From Sinorhizobium meliloti (GTDB lineage Bacteria > Pseudomonadota > Alphaproteobacteria > Rhizobiales > Rhizobiaceae), in NCBI RefSeq assembly GCF_017876815.1, contig NZ_JAGIOS010000001.1:1470001-1502000 (forward strand): 32,000 nt of DNA, given 5' to 3'. Below the pieces are notes generated by a model. It saw only the letters and a program-made list of their open reading frames with translations. It was not told the DNA's origin and made no database searches. Position 1 is the stretch's first letter, and every line of letters starts with the position of its first letter. The position numbers and the translations under genes are program-made. Shown here piece by piece: positions 1 through 11,859 of this stretch.

Positions 1-220
1 GCGGGTGTTTCAGCCAGGATTCTGCTGTATCCGATTTCAGCGCCGCCTGCCTAGCCGACCCCAGTAGAAATAGTTGCCCCGTGGTATCGCAGCAACGGAT
101 GCGCGAATTTTGCGAGATACCCGCTGGTGTCTCCCGCGCCTCGCACGGCGCGGCGGTCAAATTGTGGCGTCCGGCGAATTTAGTTCGCCCGGCGTCGGAT
201 CGGCCGCCGCGAACAATATG

Positions 221-937
221 TCATCCTTCGTTGCCGAGGAACCGGTTGATCGCAGCGATGTCGCGGCGCCCGAGGAACCGATCGACTTCATCATGGGCGA
301 CAATCCGGCCCCGGTCGAGAAAAAGAACGCTGTCGGCGAGCGCCCTCACGTCATCGGGATGATGTGTGATCATCAGTATCGTGTTGCCTTCCTCCTCGTG
401 CAGATCGCTGATGAGTGCCCGCATCTCGGCGCGCATGCCGGGGTCGAGCGCGGCGAAAGGCTCGTCGAGCAGGAGGATCGGGCGGTGCCGCACGAAGGCG
501 CGCGCGAGCGCGACCCTCTGGCGTTCGCCGCCTGAAAGCGTCGGCGGCAGGCGCTTGCCAAAACCGGCGAGCCCGACCCGGGCCAGTGCATCCTCCACTT
601 TCGTGCGGTTGGCCGCATCCAGTCGCAGCGCCGGGCTGATGCCGAAGCCGACATTGGTGGCGACGTCGAGATGTGCGAAGAGGTTATGTTCCTGGAATAT
701 GATCGAGACCGGCCGTTCCGCCGGCGCCCGACCGGTCATTTCCTCGCCGAGGATGCGGACTTCCCCGCGCCCCGGTTGCTCGAAGCCGGCGATGATGTTG
801 AAGAGCGTCGACTTGCCCGAGCCGGAGGCGCCGGCCACGGCGACGATCCGCTTCGCGGGAACCGCGCAGTCGAAGGCGAGCGTCGTCGTTTCGAAGCTTA
901 TCTCGACGCCCTTGACGGCGAGAGCGGTGGAACTCAT
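221..937 (-). CDS. thiQ: Thiamine ABC transporter ATP-binding protein
   Basis: 238-aa ORF with Walker A GASGSGKST, ABC signature LSGGERQRV and Walker B LLLDEPFAALD. It is the last gene of the riboswitch-led thiB-thiP-thiQ string and overlaps the thiP stop by 4 nt. Confidence 0.9.
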   Translation of the reverse strand: MSSTALAVKGVEISFETTTLAFDCAVPAKRIVAVAGASGSGKSTLFNIIAGFEQPGRGEVRILGEEMTGRAPAERPVSIIFQEHNLFAHLDVATNVGFGISPALRLDAANRTKVEDALARVGLAGFGKRLPPTLSGGERQRVALARAFVRHRPILLLDEPFAALDPGMRAEMRALISDLHEEEGNTILMITHHPDDVRALADSVLFLDRGRIVAHDEVDRFLGRRDIAAINRFLGNEG

Positions 938-2541
938 GTGCTTTTACCTTCGGGCGGCCTCTCCTCTCCCGCCGTGCCGAGCACCGTCAGGACAAGGCAG
1001 AGAAGGCCGAGAACCAGCGCCAGTCCGGCCGCATCCGCGGTGCGATAGCTGCCCATCCGGCTATAGAGCAGATAGGGGAGGGTTACCATGTCCTCGGAGC
1101 CGAAAAGAGCGACTGCTCCCAGATCGCCGAGCGAGAGGGCCATGGCAAAGGAAAAGGCGACAAAGAGAGGCTTGCGCAGGCCCGGCCAGTCGATCCACAG
1201 CAGGCGGTGAAAGCCGCCGATGCCAAGGCTCGCGGCAAGGCGCGCGGTGCGCGCGGCATGCGTCGCCATGGCCGGCGCGAGCACCCGGTGAACGAAGGGA
1301 AGCGCCATCAGCGCATTGATGGCGACGACGACGGCCGGCGCGAAACGGGCGACGTCGCCGAAAGGTCTCAGGAGCAGGAACCATCCGGCGCCGAGCACGA
1401 CGGGAGGCACGAGCAGTATGAAGGAGGTGCTCGCGCCGATCGTGCCTGCAAAGAGGCGAGGCGCCGCTCCGGGGCGCCGCTGCGCCAGCGCGAGCCGTTC
1501 GGTACGGATCATCAGCGCCGCGATGGCGACGGAGATCGTGGCGGAGACAAGGGCGATCGTCGCGCTCATGGCGAGCGCCCGATGGAATGCCGGCTCGCTC
1601 ACGAGACGGACGAGGTCGGCCTTCGATCCGCTATAGGCGATGGCCGCAAATGGCAGGCCGACGAGGATGACCGCGAGTATCAGCCAGATCCGGTCGGCAA
1701 GCCGCGACAGACCGCTTGCGCCGTCGAAACGCCGGATGGCCCTGCCGCTGGTCTCTCCCTCCAGCGGTGCCGGCGCGATCAATTTCAGGACGAGAAGCAG
1801 CGCTCCGGTAAGGGCGACCTGAAGTGCCGAAAGGGCGATCGCCCGCGGCGGGTCGAAGTCGAAGCGCAGCGCCTGATAGATCGCCACTTCGATCGTGCTG
1901 GCGGCCGGCCCGCCGCCAAGCGTCAGCACGAGCGTGAAGCTGGTGGCGCAGAGCATGAAGATGAGCCCGGCGATGCCGGGAAGCAATCCGCGGATAACCG
2001 GCCACTCGATGAAGCGAAAGGTGGCGAAGGATCCCATGCCGAGATTGGCGCTGGTGCGCCAGTATTCGGCCGGAATGCGCTCGATGCCGGCAAGCATCAA
2101 GCGTGCGGCGAGCGGCATGTTGAAGAAGACATGGGCAATGAGAATGCCGGAGAGGCCATAGATGCTGACCGGCTGCTCCAGCCCGGCTGCCGAAAGCACC
2201 CTGTTCAAGAGCCCCTGCCGGCCCCAGATTTCGATGAGCCCGAGTGCGGCGACGAGCGCCGGCAGGCCGAGTGGCAGCGCCAGAAGCCGCAGCACCCAGA
2301 TGCGGCCGGGGAACGAAGCCTGGCGGGCAAGTGCCCGGGCAACCGGTATGGCGAATAGGATGGCAAGAAGTGTCGAGAGGCTGGCCTGCAACAGCGTGAA
2401 GCGTGTGATGCGCCAGATATAGGCATCGAAAAGCGGACCACCGCCGGCGCTGCCGGCCGACTGTCCAAGCAGTGCCGCGCCGGCGAGGCCGACGAAAAGC
2501 AGGATGCCGCCGAGGGCGAAGGCGCCGGCGGCGATGGTCAT
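934..2541 (-). CDS. thiP: Thiamine ABC transporter permease (fused two-domain)
   Basis: A roughly 535-aa polytopic membrane protein lying between thiB and thiQ. The ORF track begins at a TTG (2565), but the ATG at 2541 (MTIAAGAF...) follows an AAGGAAAG Shine-Dalgarno, so I prefer it. Confidence 0.88.
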   Translation of the reverse strand: MTIAAGAFALGGILLFVGLAGAALLGQSAGSAGGGPLFDAYIWRITRFTLLQASLSTLLAILFAIPVARALARQASFPGRIWVLRLLALPLGLPALVAALGLIEIWGRQGLLNRVLSAAGLEQPVSIYGLSGILIAHVFFNMPLAARLMLAGIERIPAEYWRTSANLGMGSFATFRFIEWPVIRGLLPGIAGLIFMLCATSFTLVLTLGGGPAASTIEVAIYQALRFDFDPPRAIALSALQVALTGALLLVLKLIAPAPLEGETSGRAIRRFDGASGLSRLADRIWLILAVILVGLPFAAIAYSGSKADLVRLVSEPAFHRALAMSATIALVSATISVAIAALMIRTERLALAQRRPGAAPRLFAGTIGASTSFILLVPPVVLGAGWFLLLRPFGDVARFAPAVVVAINALMALPFVHRVLAPAMATHAARTARLAASLGIGGFHRLLWIDWPGLRKPLFVAFSFAMALSLGDLGAVALFGSEDMVTLPYLLYSRMGSYRTADAAGLALVLGLLCLVLTVLGTAGEERPPEGKST

Positions 2542-2572
2542 CCTGCTTTCCTTTGTGCCGGACAATCCGGCC

Positions 2573-3601
2573 TCAGTTCCGGCTCATGGCGGCCAGCCAT
2601 TCGTCGATCCAGGCCTTGCGGCTGGCGGCGACCTCCCCGGAGGGAATGAGGAACGTCTTTTGCGGGTCGACGAGCTTGCCGAAGGCTTCCGGCAGCGGCT
2701 CCTTGGTCGCCGTCACCGGCATCATCCAGTTGGTCGTCGGGATGATCGACTGGAATTCCGGACCGATCATGAAGGTCAGGAAGTTCCGGGCGAGTTCCGG
2801 GTCCTTCGCGTTCTTCGTCAATGCGGCGACTTCGATCTGGATATAGTGGCCTTCGGCGAAGGGGGCCGCCTGGTAGCGCTCGGTGTTCTCCGCGACCATG
2901 TGATAGGCAGGCGAGGTGGTGTAGGAGAGAACCATCGGCGCCTCGCCCTTTGTGAAGAGACCATAGGCTTCCGACCAGCCCGGCGTGACCGTCAGCACGC
3001 GGTCCTTGAGCTTCGCCCAGGCCTCGCCGGCCTTGTCGCCATAGACCGACTTCACCCAGAGCAGGAGGCCGAGGCCGGGGGTTGAGGTCCGCGGGTCCTC
3101 GATGACGATCTTCTGCGACGGATCGCCCTCGACCAGTTCCTTGAGGCTCTTCGGTGGGTCCTTCAGTGCCTCTGTGTCGTAGACAACGGCGAAATGGCCG
3201 TAGTCATAGGGTATGAAGGTGTCGTCGGAGAAGCCGCCCGGAACCTTGACGGAAGCGGTATCGGCGCCGTGCGGTGCGAAGAAGCCGGTCGCCTTCGCCT
3301 CCGCCACCAGATTGGTGTCGAGGCCGAGTACGATGTCGGCCTTCGATCCCTGACCTTCGAGCTTCAGCCGCGTCAGGAGTTCGACCCCGTCGGCGACCCC
3401 TACATAGTCGACCTTGCAGTCACAGGTCTTCTCGAACGCTTCCGCCACCTTGGCGCCCGGCCCCCATTCGGTGATGAAGCTCTCATAGGTATAGACCGTC
3501 AGCGTTTTTTCCGCGGCCGCCGCGCTCACGGAAAATGCCGCGATCGAAGCGGCGGCGATCGCAAGCCGGCCAAGGATTTTTCGATGGAGTGAACTGGACA
3601 T
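2573..3601 (-). CDS. thiB: Thiamine/TPP-binding periplasmic protein
   Basis: 342-aa ORF with an N-terminal signal peptide ([17 protein letters not shown]) and an iron/thiamine-type solute-binding fold. It lies directly downstream of the TPP riboswitch. Confidence 0.9.
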   Translation of the reverse strand: MSSSLHRKILGRLAIAAASIAAFSVSAAAAEKTLTVYTYESFITEWGPGAKVAEAFEKTCDCKVDYVGVADGVELLTRLKLEGQGSKADIVLGLDTNLVAEAKATGFFAPHGADTASVKVPGGFSDDTFIPYDYGHFAVVYDTEALKDPPKSLKELVEGDPSQKIVIEDPRTSTPGLGLLLWVKSVYGDKAGEAWAKLKDRVLTVTPGWSEAYGLFTKGEAPMVLSYTTSPAYHMVAENTERYQAAPFAEGHYIQIEVAALTKNAKDPELARNFLTFMIGPEFQSIIPTTNWMMPVTATKEPLPEAFGKLVDPQKTFLIPSGEVAASRKAWIDEWLAAMSRN

Positions 3602-3661
3602 TCTGGCACCTCTCCCTTTGTTGTTGCTGCAATGGGAAAAGCGCGTATCGGTCCGATCGCT

Positions 3662-3758
3662 TCTAATCCCTCCGCCGGTATGAGCCGGATCAGGTTCCGC
3701 GGGTTGGCTCGAAGCCTCTCAGCCATGGTCGCAAAGCCGGCCAGGGCACCCCGTTAGA
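3662..3758 (-). promoter_or_regulatory. TPP (THI-box) riboswitch aptamer controlling thiBPQ
   Basis: The minus strand reads TCTAAC-GGGGTGCC...GGCTGAGAGG...ACCC..GGAACCTGATCCGGCTCATACCGGCGGAGGGA-TTAGA. The conserved GGGGTGC, CTGAGA and ACCTGATC..CCGGCG.AGGGA blocks are present, closed by a TCTAA/TTAGA P1 stem about 60 nt upstream of the thiB ATG. Confidence 0.9.
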
Positions 3759-3896
3759 GCAGCAAAAGATTTAGCTTCCGGCGACGGCTTAGGCAAGCTG
3801 AGTTTCAGCAGGGACGTTTGCCGTCCGCGCCGGGCGCGCTATTAAAAGTCAAACAATTGCCGGCGCCGTTTGTTCGCCGAAAGCGGAGACAATTCC

Positions 3897-4382
3897 ATGC
3901 CAGACATGCTCGTCCGCCTCTATGCCTTGCCCGAGGGCCGTCCATCGCGTCTCGACCCCGACGTCCGCATCCGGCGGGCGCTTGCGGCCGAGCGGCGGGT
4001 CGTCATTCCCTGGATCGAGGAGCGCTTCGGGGCCGGGTGGGCCGGCGAGGCCGAAACCGCCTTCTCCTCGACGCCGGCGCGCATCCACATCGCTCACCAT
4101 CGGGACCGGATCGTGGGCTTCGCCTGCCATGACGTAACCGCGCTCGGCTTCTTCGGTCCGACCGGAGTGGACGCGGCCATGCGCGGCAAGGGCATCGGCG
4201 AGGCCCTGCTCGTCGAAAGCCTGCTGTCCATGCGCGCCGCCGGCTATGCCTATGCGATCATCGGCGGGGTCGGCCCCGCCGATTTCTATGCCCGCGCGGT
4301 CGGTGCGGTGGAGATCGCCGGATCGACGCCCGGCATCTATGACGGCATGCTTTTCCCCGGGGATCCGGCGTCCGGAACCTGA
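3897..4382 (+). CDS. GNAT family N-acetyltransferase
   Basis: Contains the acetyl-CoA binding motif RGKGIGEALL. The ATG at 3897 sits 7 nt after a GGAGA Shine-Dalgarno; the track start at 3870 is probably an upstream extension. The gene is divergent from the riboswitch-thiB promoter region. Confidence 0.75.
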   Translation: MPDMLVRLYALPEGRPSRLDPDVRIRRALAAERRVVIPWIEERFGAGWAGEAETAFSSTPARIHIAHHRDRIVGFACHDVTALGFFGPTGVDAAMRGKGIGEALLVESLLSMRAAGYAYAIIGGVGPADFYARAVGAVEIAGSTPGIYDGMLFPGDPASGT

Positions 4383-4459
4383 TCCGCGCAGCATGCGTTC
4401 GCAAAACAGCAGCCGGAGCCCTTTTCCTTCGCCGCTGCTTTGCGCTATGGGCTTCTGCC

Positions 4460-5090
4460 ATGACCCGATCACCCTTCACCATCCTGCTCGGCGGCGCGCT
4501 GACGCCGACAGACCGGCTCGCTCGACAGCTCGAAGGCAGCCGCTTCGTCGCCGCCGACGGCGGCATGCGCCATGCAAGGACGCTGGGGGTCGTTCCCGAT
4601 CTCTGGGTCGGCGACTTCGATTCCACGGACGAGGCGCTTCTGGCGGAGTTCGCCGGCGTCCCGCGTGAACGCCATCCGGCTGCCAAGAACGCGACCGATG
4701 GGGAGATCGCCGTCGAGGCGGCCCTTGAGCGTGGCGCGACCTCGCTCGTCTTCGCGGGCGGACTCGGCGGCGCGCGCAGCGATCACGCTTTCCTGCACCT
4801 CCTCGGCACCGTCGCGCTTGCCGAGAGCGGCGTTGCGGTGATGATGACCTCCGGCGAGGAGGAGGCCTATCCGCTGCTGCCCGGCTCGCAGGAGATCGAG
4901 TTGCCGAAAGGCAGCCTCTTCTCGATCCTCGGCTTTGCGGACCTTGACGGTCTCTCGATCGAGAACGTGCGCTACCCGCTGAAGGATTTTCATCTGCCCT
5001 TCGGCTCGTCGCGCACCATTTCGAACATCGCGGATGGCACGGTCCGCTTCACCCTGAAATCCGGCCGGGCCGTCATTCTCGCCCGGCCCT

Positions 5091-5110
<20 letters not shown>
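4460..5110 (+). CDS. Thiamine pyrophosphokinase (thiamine diphosphokinase)
   Basis: 216 aa with the TPK catalytic-domain motifs VAADGG and GDFDS, followed by a C-terminal thiamine-binding-like domain (SILGF...VRYPL). Confidence 0.85.
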
Positions 5111-6956
<1,846 letters not shown>

Positions 6957-7006
6957 CGGCAGCGTTGGAGGTGCAGTACTCCCCTGCCTGCCCGACTCCC
7001 CCTTGC

Positions 7007-7828
7007 CTATCGCACTTGCGACCGCCTCAACCGCCGCTCGACCGCCCGAAGGGCCAGCGACAACCCAATCGTCAGCACGAGATAGACATAGGCGACGATG
7101 GAATAGGTCTCGAAGAAGCGGAAGGAGCCTGAGGCATAGACCTTGCCCATCTGGGTGATGTCGGCGACGCCGAGCACCGAGACGAGGGAGGAATCCTTGA
7201 CCATCGCCACGAAGTCGTTGCCGAGCGGCGGCAGGATGACGCGGATCGCCTGCGGAAAGACGACGAGGCGAAAGCGCTGGTAGCGGGAGAGCCCGAGCGC
7301 CTTTGCCGCCTCCACCTGGCCCTTGTCGACCGACTGGATGCCGGCGCGGAAGACTTCGGCGATGAAGGCCGAATAGCCGATCATCAGCGCCATGATTGCC
7401 CGCCACATCAGCGACACGTCGCTAACGACGAACGGCTCGATCCAGCCCGCCGAAATCAGCGGCGCCGCCACGAAATTCGCGACCGTCACCAGCGCAGGCG
7501 CGCCGACGAAGGCGATATAGAACAGCAGCACGAGGATCGGTACGCCGCGGATGACTTCCGTATAGAAGCGCGCGATCTGGCGCAGGACCACATGCTCGGA
7601 AAGCGCCATCAGGGCCACGCCGAGGCCGAGCACCGTTGCGAGCACGAAACCGACGAGAGTGACGAAAACGGTGACGCCCAACCCCTTCAGGACGACGGTG
7701 AATACCTGCGTGAAGATATCATTGGCGGCGATGACCGCGGCCAGTGCCGCAGCGATCACGAGAAGGGCGATCAGCCACCAGGGATAATCGTCCTTCCCGG
7801 AAGTGTCGGATGATTGGACCGGCGTCAT
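7007..7828 (-). CDS. Polar amino acid ABC transporter permease (HisM/GlnP type)
   Basis: A multi-TM protein with the EAA-loop motif VEAAKALGLSRYQRFRLVVFPQA. I prefer the ATG at 7828 (MTPVQSS) over the track start at 7873. Confidence 0.85.
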   Translation of the reverse strand: MTPVQSSDTSGKDDYPWWLIALLVIAAALAAVIAANDIFTQVFTVVLKGLGVTVFVTLVGFVLATVLGLGVALMALSEHVVLRQIARFYTEVIRGVPILVLLFYIAFVGAPALVTVANFVAAPLISAGWIEPFVVSDVSLMWRAIMALMIGYSAFIAEVFRAGIQSVDKGQVEAAKALGLSRYQRFRLVVFPQAIRVILPPLGNDFVAMVKDSSLVSVLGVADITQMGKVYASGSFRFFETYSIVAYVYLVLTIGLSLALRAVERRLRRSQVR

Positions 7829-7897
7829 TTCAATTCCAGTAGGTGGAAGCGGGACGTGGGCGGAAAACCGCACATGCGTTTTATCCCGTTCCGGCGG

Positions 7898-8707
7898 TCA
7901 GCCGCCCATCTTGTAGTCGAGGAACCACTTCTTGTTGAGCGCGTCGAAGGTGCCGTCCTCCTTGAGCGCCTTGATGGCGGCATTGACCGGCGCGACGAGT
8001 TCCGATCCCTTCGGGAAGATGAAGCCGAAATCCTCGGTGCCGAGCGGCTCGCCGACCACCTTGAGCTGGCCGTCGGAGGAATCCACATAACCCTTGGCCG
8101 CGACACTGTCGGTCAAGACCAGATCGACGTCGCCGGCCTTCAGCGCCTGCACCGTCGCACCGAAGGTTTCGAACAGCTTGATGCGCGGGTTCTGCTCGTT
8201 GCCGTCGAGAACCTCGTAGACGGCCGTGTAGAAAGGCGAAGTCCCGGGCTGGGCGCCGACCAGACCGCTTTCGAGCGCTGCGAAGCTCTTGGCATCGTCG
8301 AAGCGGGTCTCGTCGCCGCGCACCAGCATGAACTGCTGCGAGCGCATATAGGGATCCGAGAAATCGACCTTCTCCTTGCGGTCGTCCTTGATGGTGATTC
8401 CGGTCATGCCGATCTGGTATTGACCGTCGGAAACCGCCTGGATCATCGCATCCCAGCTCGTGTTCTGGTACTCGACCTTGAAATTCAAGCGCTTGGCGAT
8501 CTCGTTCATCGCGTCATATTCCCAACCGATGGCCTGGCCGGATTTCGGATCGACGAACTGCAGCGGCGGATAGGCATTCTCCGTCACCACGACGACCGTC
8601 TTGCCGCCGAGGTCGGGCAGGTCGCTGGCGAAAACGGGCGCAGAGACTGCGAATGGAACGGCAAGAACTGCGGCAATGCCCGCAAGCACGTGGCGACGAA
8701 TTGTCAT
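7898..8707 (-). CDS. Amino acid ABC transporter substrate-binding protein (family 3 SBP)
   Basis: Has a signal peptide ([27 protein letters not shown]) and a PBPb-type domain. The longer track ORF (to 8815) would run through the rplS terminator hairpin, so I prefer the ATG at 8707. Confidence 0.85.
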   Translation of the reverse strand: MTIRRHVLAGIAAVLAVPFAVSAPVFASDLPDLGGKTVVVVTENAYPPLQFVDPKSGQAIGWEYDAMNEIAKRLNFKVEYQNTSWDAMIQAVSDGQYQIGMTGITIKDDRKEKVDFSDPYMRSQQFMLVRGDETRFDDAKSFAALESGLVGAQPGTSPFYTAVYEVLDGNEQNPRIKLFETFGATVQALKAGDVDLVLTDSVAAKGYVDSSDGQLKVVGEPLGTEDFGFIFPKGSELVAPVNAAIKALKEDGTFDALNKKWFLDYKMGG

Positions 8708-8775
8708 TGGAGGAACTCCCAGATTGTGGCGACAGAAAATGTCATAAAATCTATGGGGAGCACAAGCGGCTGATA

Positions 8776-8808
8776 CCAAAAAGAAAGGCGGCCCGAGGAC
8801 CGCCTTTC
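8776..8808 (-). terminator. Rho-independent terminator downstream of rplS
   Basis: The minus strand reads GGAAAGGCGGTCCTCGGGCCGCCTTTCTTTTTGG, a GC stem followed by a T-run, about 25 nt after the rplS stop. Confidence 0.7.
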
Positions 8809-8833
8809 CGCACAACTCTGAAGAGTCGAAAAC

Positions 8834-9367
8834 TTATTCTGCTGCGGCTTCCGCAGCCTTTGCTTCTTCCGCTGCCTTTGCCTCGGCGGCTTCGGCTGCT
8901 GCCTTCTCGGCGGCCAGAGCCTGGGCGGCTGCGACCTTTTCAGCCTCGATGCGTGCCTTCTCCTCGACAACGGCCTGGCGCTCGGCGTCGTTCAGCTTGC
9001 GGGCGCGGGTGCCGGTGTTTTCTACGATACGAGCCGACTTGCCGCGGCGGTCGCGCAGATAGTAGAGCTTGGCGCGGCGGACCTTACCGCGGCGAACCAC
9101 ATCTACGCTCTCGACGAGCGGGGAGTAGACGGGGAATACGCGCTCGACGCCTTCACCGTAGGAAATCTTGCGAACGGTGAAGCTCTCGTTGATGCCGCCG
9201 CCGGAACGGGCGATGCAGACGCCTTCGTAAGCCTGTACGCGGGTGCGGTTGCCTTCGACAACGCGTACATTGACGCGGACGGTGTCGCCCGGGGAGAATT
9301 CGGGAAGGGTGCGCTTTGCGGCGATCTTGGCGGCCTGTTCGGCTTCCAGCTGCTGGATGATGTTCAT
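8834..9367 (-). CDS. rplS: 50S ribosomal protein L19 with an Ala/Glu/Lys-rich C-terminal extension
   Basis: [11 protein letters not shown]...[32 protein letters not shown] is a canonical L19 core. The protein is 177 aa, and the last 55 aa or so form a low-complexity A/E/K tail. The track ORF is extended upstream from a GTG at 9595. Confidence 0.93.
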   Translation of the reverse strand: MNIIQQLEAEQAAKIAAKRTLPEFSPGDTVRVNVRVVEGNRTRVQAYEGVCIARSGGGINESFTVRKISYGEGVERVFPVYSPLVESVDVVRRGKVRRAKLYYLRDRRGKSARIVENTGTRARKLNDAERQAVVEEKARIEAEKVAAAQALAAEKAAAEAAEAKAAEEAKAAEAAAE

Positions 9368-9583
9368 CGGTCTAACCTTTGCGTTTTTCTGAAACAGCCA
9401 GAGCGCTCTCGATCGGCCTGTCGGACTTCCCTTCAGGCCTTGCCGCATTTGCGGCAGGAGCGTATTCGCCATTCTTTGTTGACGGTCGACGGGCAAGGAA
9501 CCCGAACCGGGCCGGCACATACACCATATGGCCGGCCTTGTCATCCCCGAAAGCGGATTTTGTCGCACGCCCGCCTCAAGAAT

Positions 9584-9628
9584 GCCCCTCCCCACCCCCT
9601 CCCGCCTGTGGGGAAAGATGGGGAGGGC
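9584..9628. repeat. GC-rich palindromic (REP-like) element in the rplS/TauE divergent spacer
   Basis: GCCCCTCCCCA ... TGGGGAGGGC form inverted arms (about 10 bp with a 1-nt bulge), with a nested CCCAC/GTGGG pairing. Confidence 0.45.
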
Positions 9629-9699
9629 CCCGATGTATCACGGACTTGCGGTCGACCGCGCCACCGGCTATCCCGATTCACGTGTTTCGGGGGAAAGCC

Positions 9700-10446
9700 A
9701 TGACGTTGCTCCAGGTCTTTTTGCTCTTCGTCGCCGGCTTCCTGTCCGGCGTCGTCAATGCCATTGCCGGTGGCGGCACCTTCCTGACTTTCGGAGCGAT
9801 GACGCTTGGCGGGCTGCCGCCGATCGTCGCCAACGCGACCTCGTCCATCATCCAGTTCCCAGGCTATATCACGTCGACGCTTGCCTATGCCAAGGAGATC
9901 CGCGCCGACCGGAAGAACGCCATCGTCCTCGGTATCATTTCGGCGATCGGCGGGCTCGCCGGCGCGCTTCTGCTGCTGTCGCTCTCCAATCCGGCCTTCC
10001 GTGCAATGGTGCCCTGGCTGCTGATCGCGGCAACGGCGATCTTCGCCGCCGGCCCCCTCCTGAAGCCGAAGGCGCGCAGCGACGAGCATCGCATCGGCCC
10101 GCTGGGCGTGGCGAGCCAGCTGGCGACCTCCGTCTATGGCGGCTTTTTCGGCGCCGGCATGGGCATCATGATGCTTGCCGTGCTCGGGCTTGCCACCGGC
10201 GGCGGCTACCACCGGCTGAACGCACTCAAGAACTTCATCTCCATCGTCATCGCCGCAATCGCCATCGTGGTTTTCGCCGCGGGTGGCGTCGTCTCCTGGC
10301 TGCACGCGGCGATCATGGTGCCGGGCGCAGCTCTTGGCGGCTATATGGGTGTGTGGGCGGCACGACGCGTCCCGCAGGCGGTCATCCGCGCCGTGGTGGT
10401 GGCGGTGGGTCTGCTGCTGGCGGCCTATTATTTCTTCACGGGCTGA
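9700..10446 (+). CDS. TauE/SafE family sulfite-exporter-like membrane protein
   Basis: 248 aa and highly hydrophobic, with an N-terminal [19 protein letters not shown] motif typical of DUF81/TauE. I chose the ATG at 9700; the track ORF from 9379 adds a non-hydrophobic Pro/Arg-rich extension. Confidence 0.8.
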
Positions 10447-11150
10447 GGCGGATCACGCTTCGGATGCCGGGCCCGTTCCAGAAGGTCGGGCCGGCGTTCC
10501 GCCGTCAGCCGGCGCGCCGTCGCTTCCCGCCACTGCGCAACGGCCGCGTGGTTGCCGGAGGTGAGGACGGCCGGGATTTCGTGACCTTCGAAGATCTGCG
10601 GACGCGTGTAGTGGGGATGTTCGAGGAGCCCTCCCTCGAAGCTCTCGTGGACACCTGAAAGCTGATTGCCCATGACGCCCGGCAGGATACGCACCACGGC
10701 GTCGAGCAGAACGAGTGCTGCCGGCTCCCCGCCGGAAAGAATGTAGTCGCCGATCGAGACTTCCTCGAGTCCACGCGTGTCGATTACCCGCTGGTCGACG
10801 CCCTCGAAACGTCCGCAAACGACGACTGCGCCGGGACCGGCGGCCAGCGCCCGCACCCGTTCCTGCGTCAGCGGCCGTCCGCGCGGGCTCATCAGAAGCC
10901 GCGGCCGCCCGTCGTCTGCAGCGACATGATCGATGGCGCGGGCAAGAACGTCGGGCTTCAGTACCATTCCGGCACCGCCGCCCGCCGGCGTATCGTCGAC
11001 GGTGCGGTGCTTGTCGCCGGCAAAGTCGCGAATCTGCACGGCCTCCATCGACCAGTCTCCGCGTTCCAGCGCCTTTCCGGCGAGCGAAACGCCGAGGTGC
11101 CCCGGAAACATCTCCGGGTAGAGCGTCAGGACAGTCGCGCGAAAGGGCAT
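10428..11150 (-). CDS. trmD: tRNA (guanine37-N1)-methyltransferase
   Basis: 240 aa with motifs [21 protein letters not shown] and [11 protein letters not shown]. It follows rimM after a 10-nt gap. Confidence 0.93.
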
Positions 11151-11160
11151 TGCCTTGGGC

Positions 11161-11724
11161 TCACTTGCGCTTGGTCGGAAAGGGCTTGCCGGGCCCGCTC
11201 TTCTCGTCGTCGACGAGCCCGGCGGCGGTCGGGTCGATGACGAGCTTGCCCGCTTCGAGGTCGATTTCGAGTACCGACCATTCGGTGAAGGGAATAAGCA
11301 CCGGCCTGAGGCCCGGGCCCTTCAGTTCGAGGAGATCGCCAGCGCCGAAATCGAAGACGCCGGTCACCGAACCATAGCTCTTGCCGGTGCGGTCGACCGC
11401 TTCCAGACCCTCGAGGTCTGCGTAGAAGAATTCGTCCTCGTCGAGATCGTCGTCGGGGAGATTGTCGCGCTCGATGAAGAGTTCGAGACCGTTGAGCGCT
11501 TCGGCAGCGGTCCGGTCGTTGATGCCCCGAAACCGCACGACGACCACGTTCTTGGCCTCGCGGATCTCAAGCACCTCGAAGACGCGGCCGTCCTCGCTGT
11601 GGAGGTTGCCATAGTCGCCGAGTGCGGCCGGATCGTCGGTGAAGGACTTTACCCGCACCTCGCCGCGCAGCCCTTGCGCCGCGCCGATCGTCGCCATCAA
11701 GACAGGGTTCTTCAGCTGTGTCAT
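11161..11724 (-). CDS. rimM: 16S rRNA processing protein RimM
   Basis: The [20 protein letters not shown] motif and a PRC-barrel C-terminus identify it. I prefer the ATG at 11724 ([11 protein letters not shown]) over the track start at 11784. Confidence 0.88.
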
Positions 11725-11802
11725 CGTCGGGCATCCAGGGTGAACGTGCTGCATGTTTCCTGAACCACATCGGGATGAGAACATGCGATTTTCCGGTGCA
11801 CA

Positions 11803-11840
11803 TAAAGCAAAACGGGCGGCATGGAAATGCCGCCCGTTTT
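11803..11840 (-). terminator. Symmetric rho-independent terminator/attenuator between rpsP and rimM
   Basis: AAAACGGGCGGC-ATGGAAAT-GCCGCCCGTTTT forms a perfect 12-bp stem. On the minus strand it is followed by TTTTGCTTT, 20 nt after the rpsP stop. Confidence 0.7.
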
Positions 11841-11859
11841 CAATGCCGGTCGTCGGAAA

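Noticed and set aside
1-220. The left-edge 220 bp downstream of thiQ, including the short ORFs at 74-535 and 81-362.
   Set aside because: Those ORFs overlap thiQ antisense and look non-coding. I cannot tell whether a neighbouring gene ends in the first ~70 nt, so no feature is called.
8708-8815. N-terminal extensions in the ORF track for the SBP. The same applies to L19 (to 9595), CcmG (to 20962), CcmD (to 20877), Ffh (to 14270), ClpP (from 28380), the TauE gene (from 9379) and the BI-1 gene (to 30609).
   Set aside because: The extensions run through terminator hairpins or neighbouring genes, lack family-typical sequence, and have internal ATG or GTG starts with Shine-Dalgarno sequences or stop-start overlaps that give canonical N-termini.
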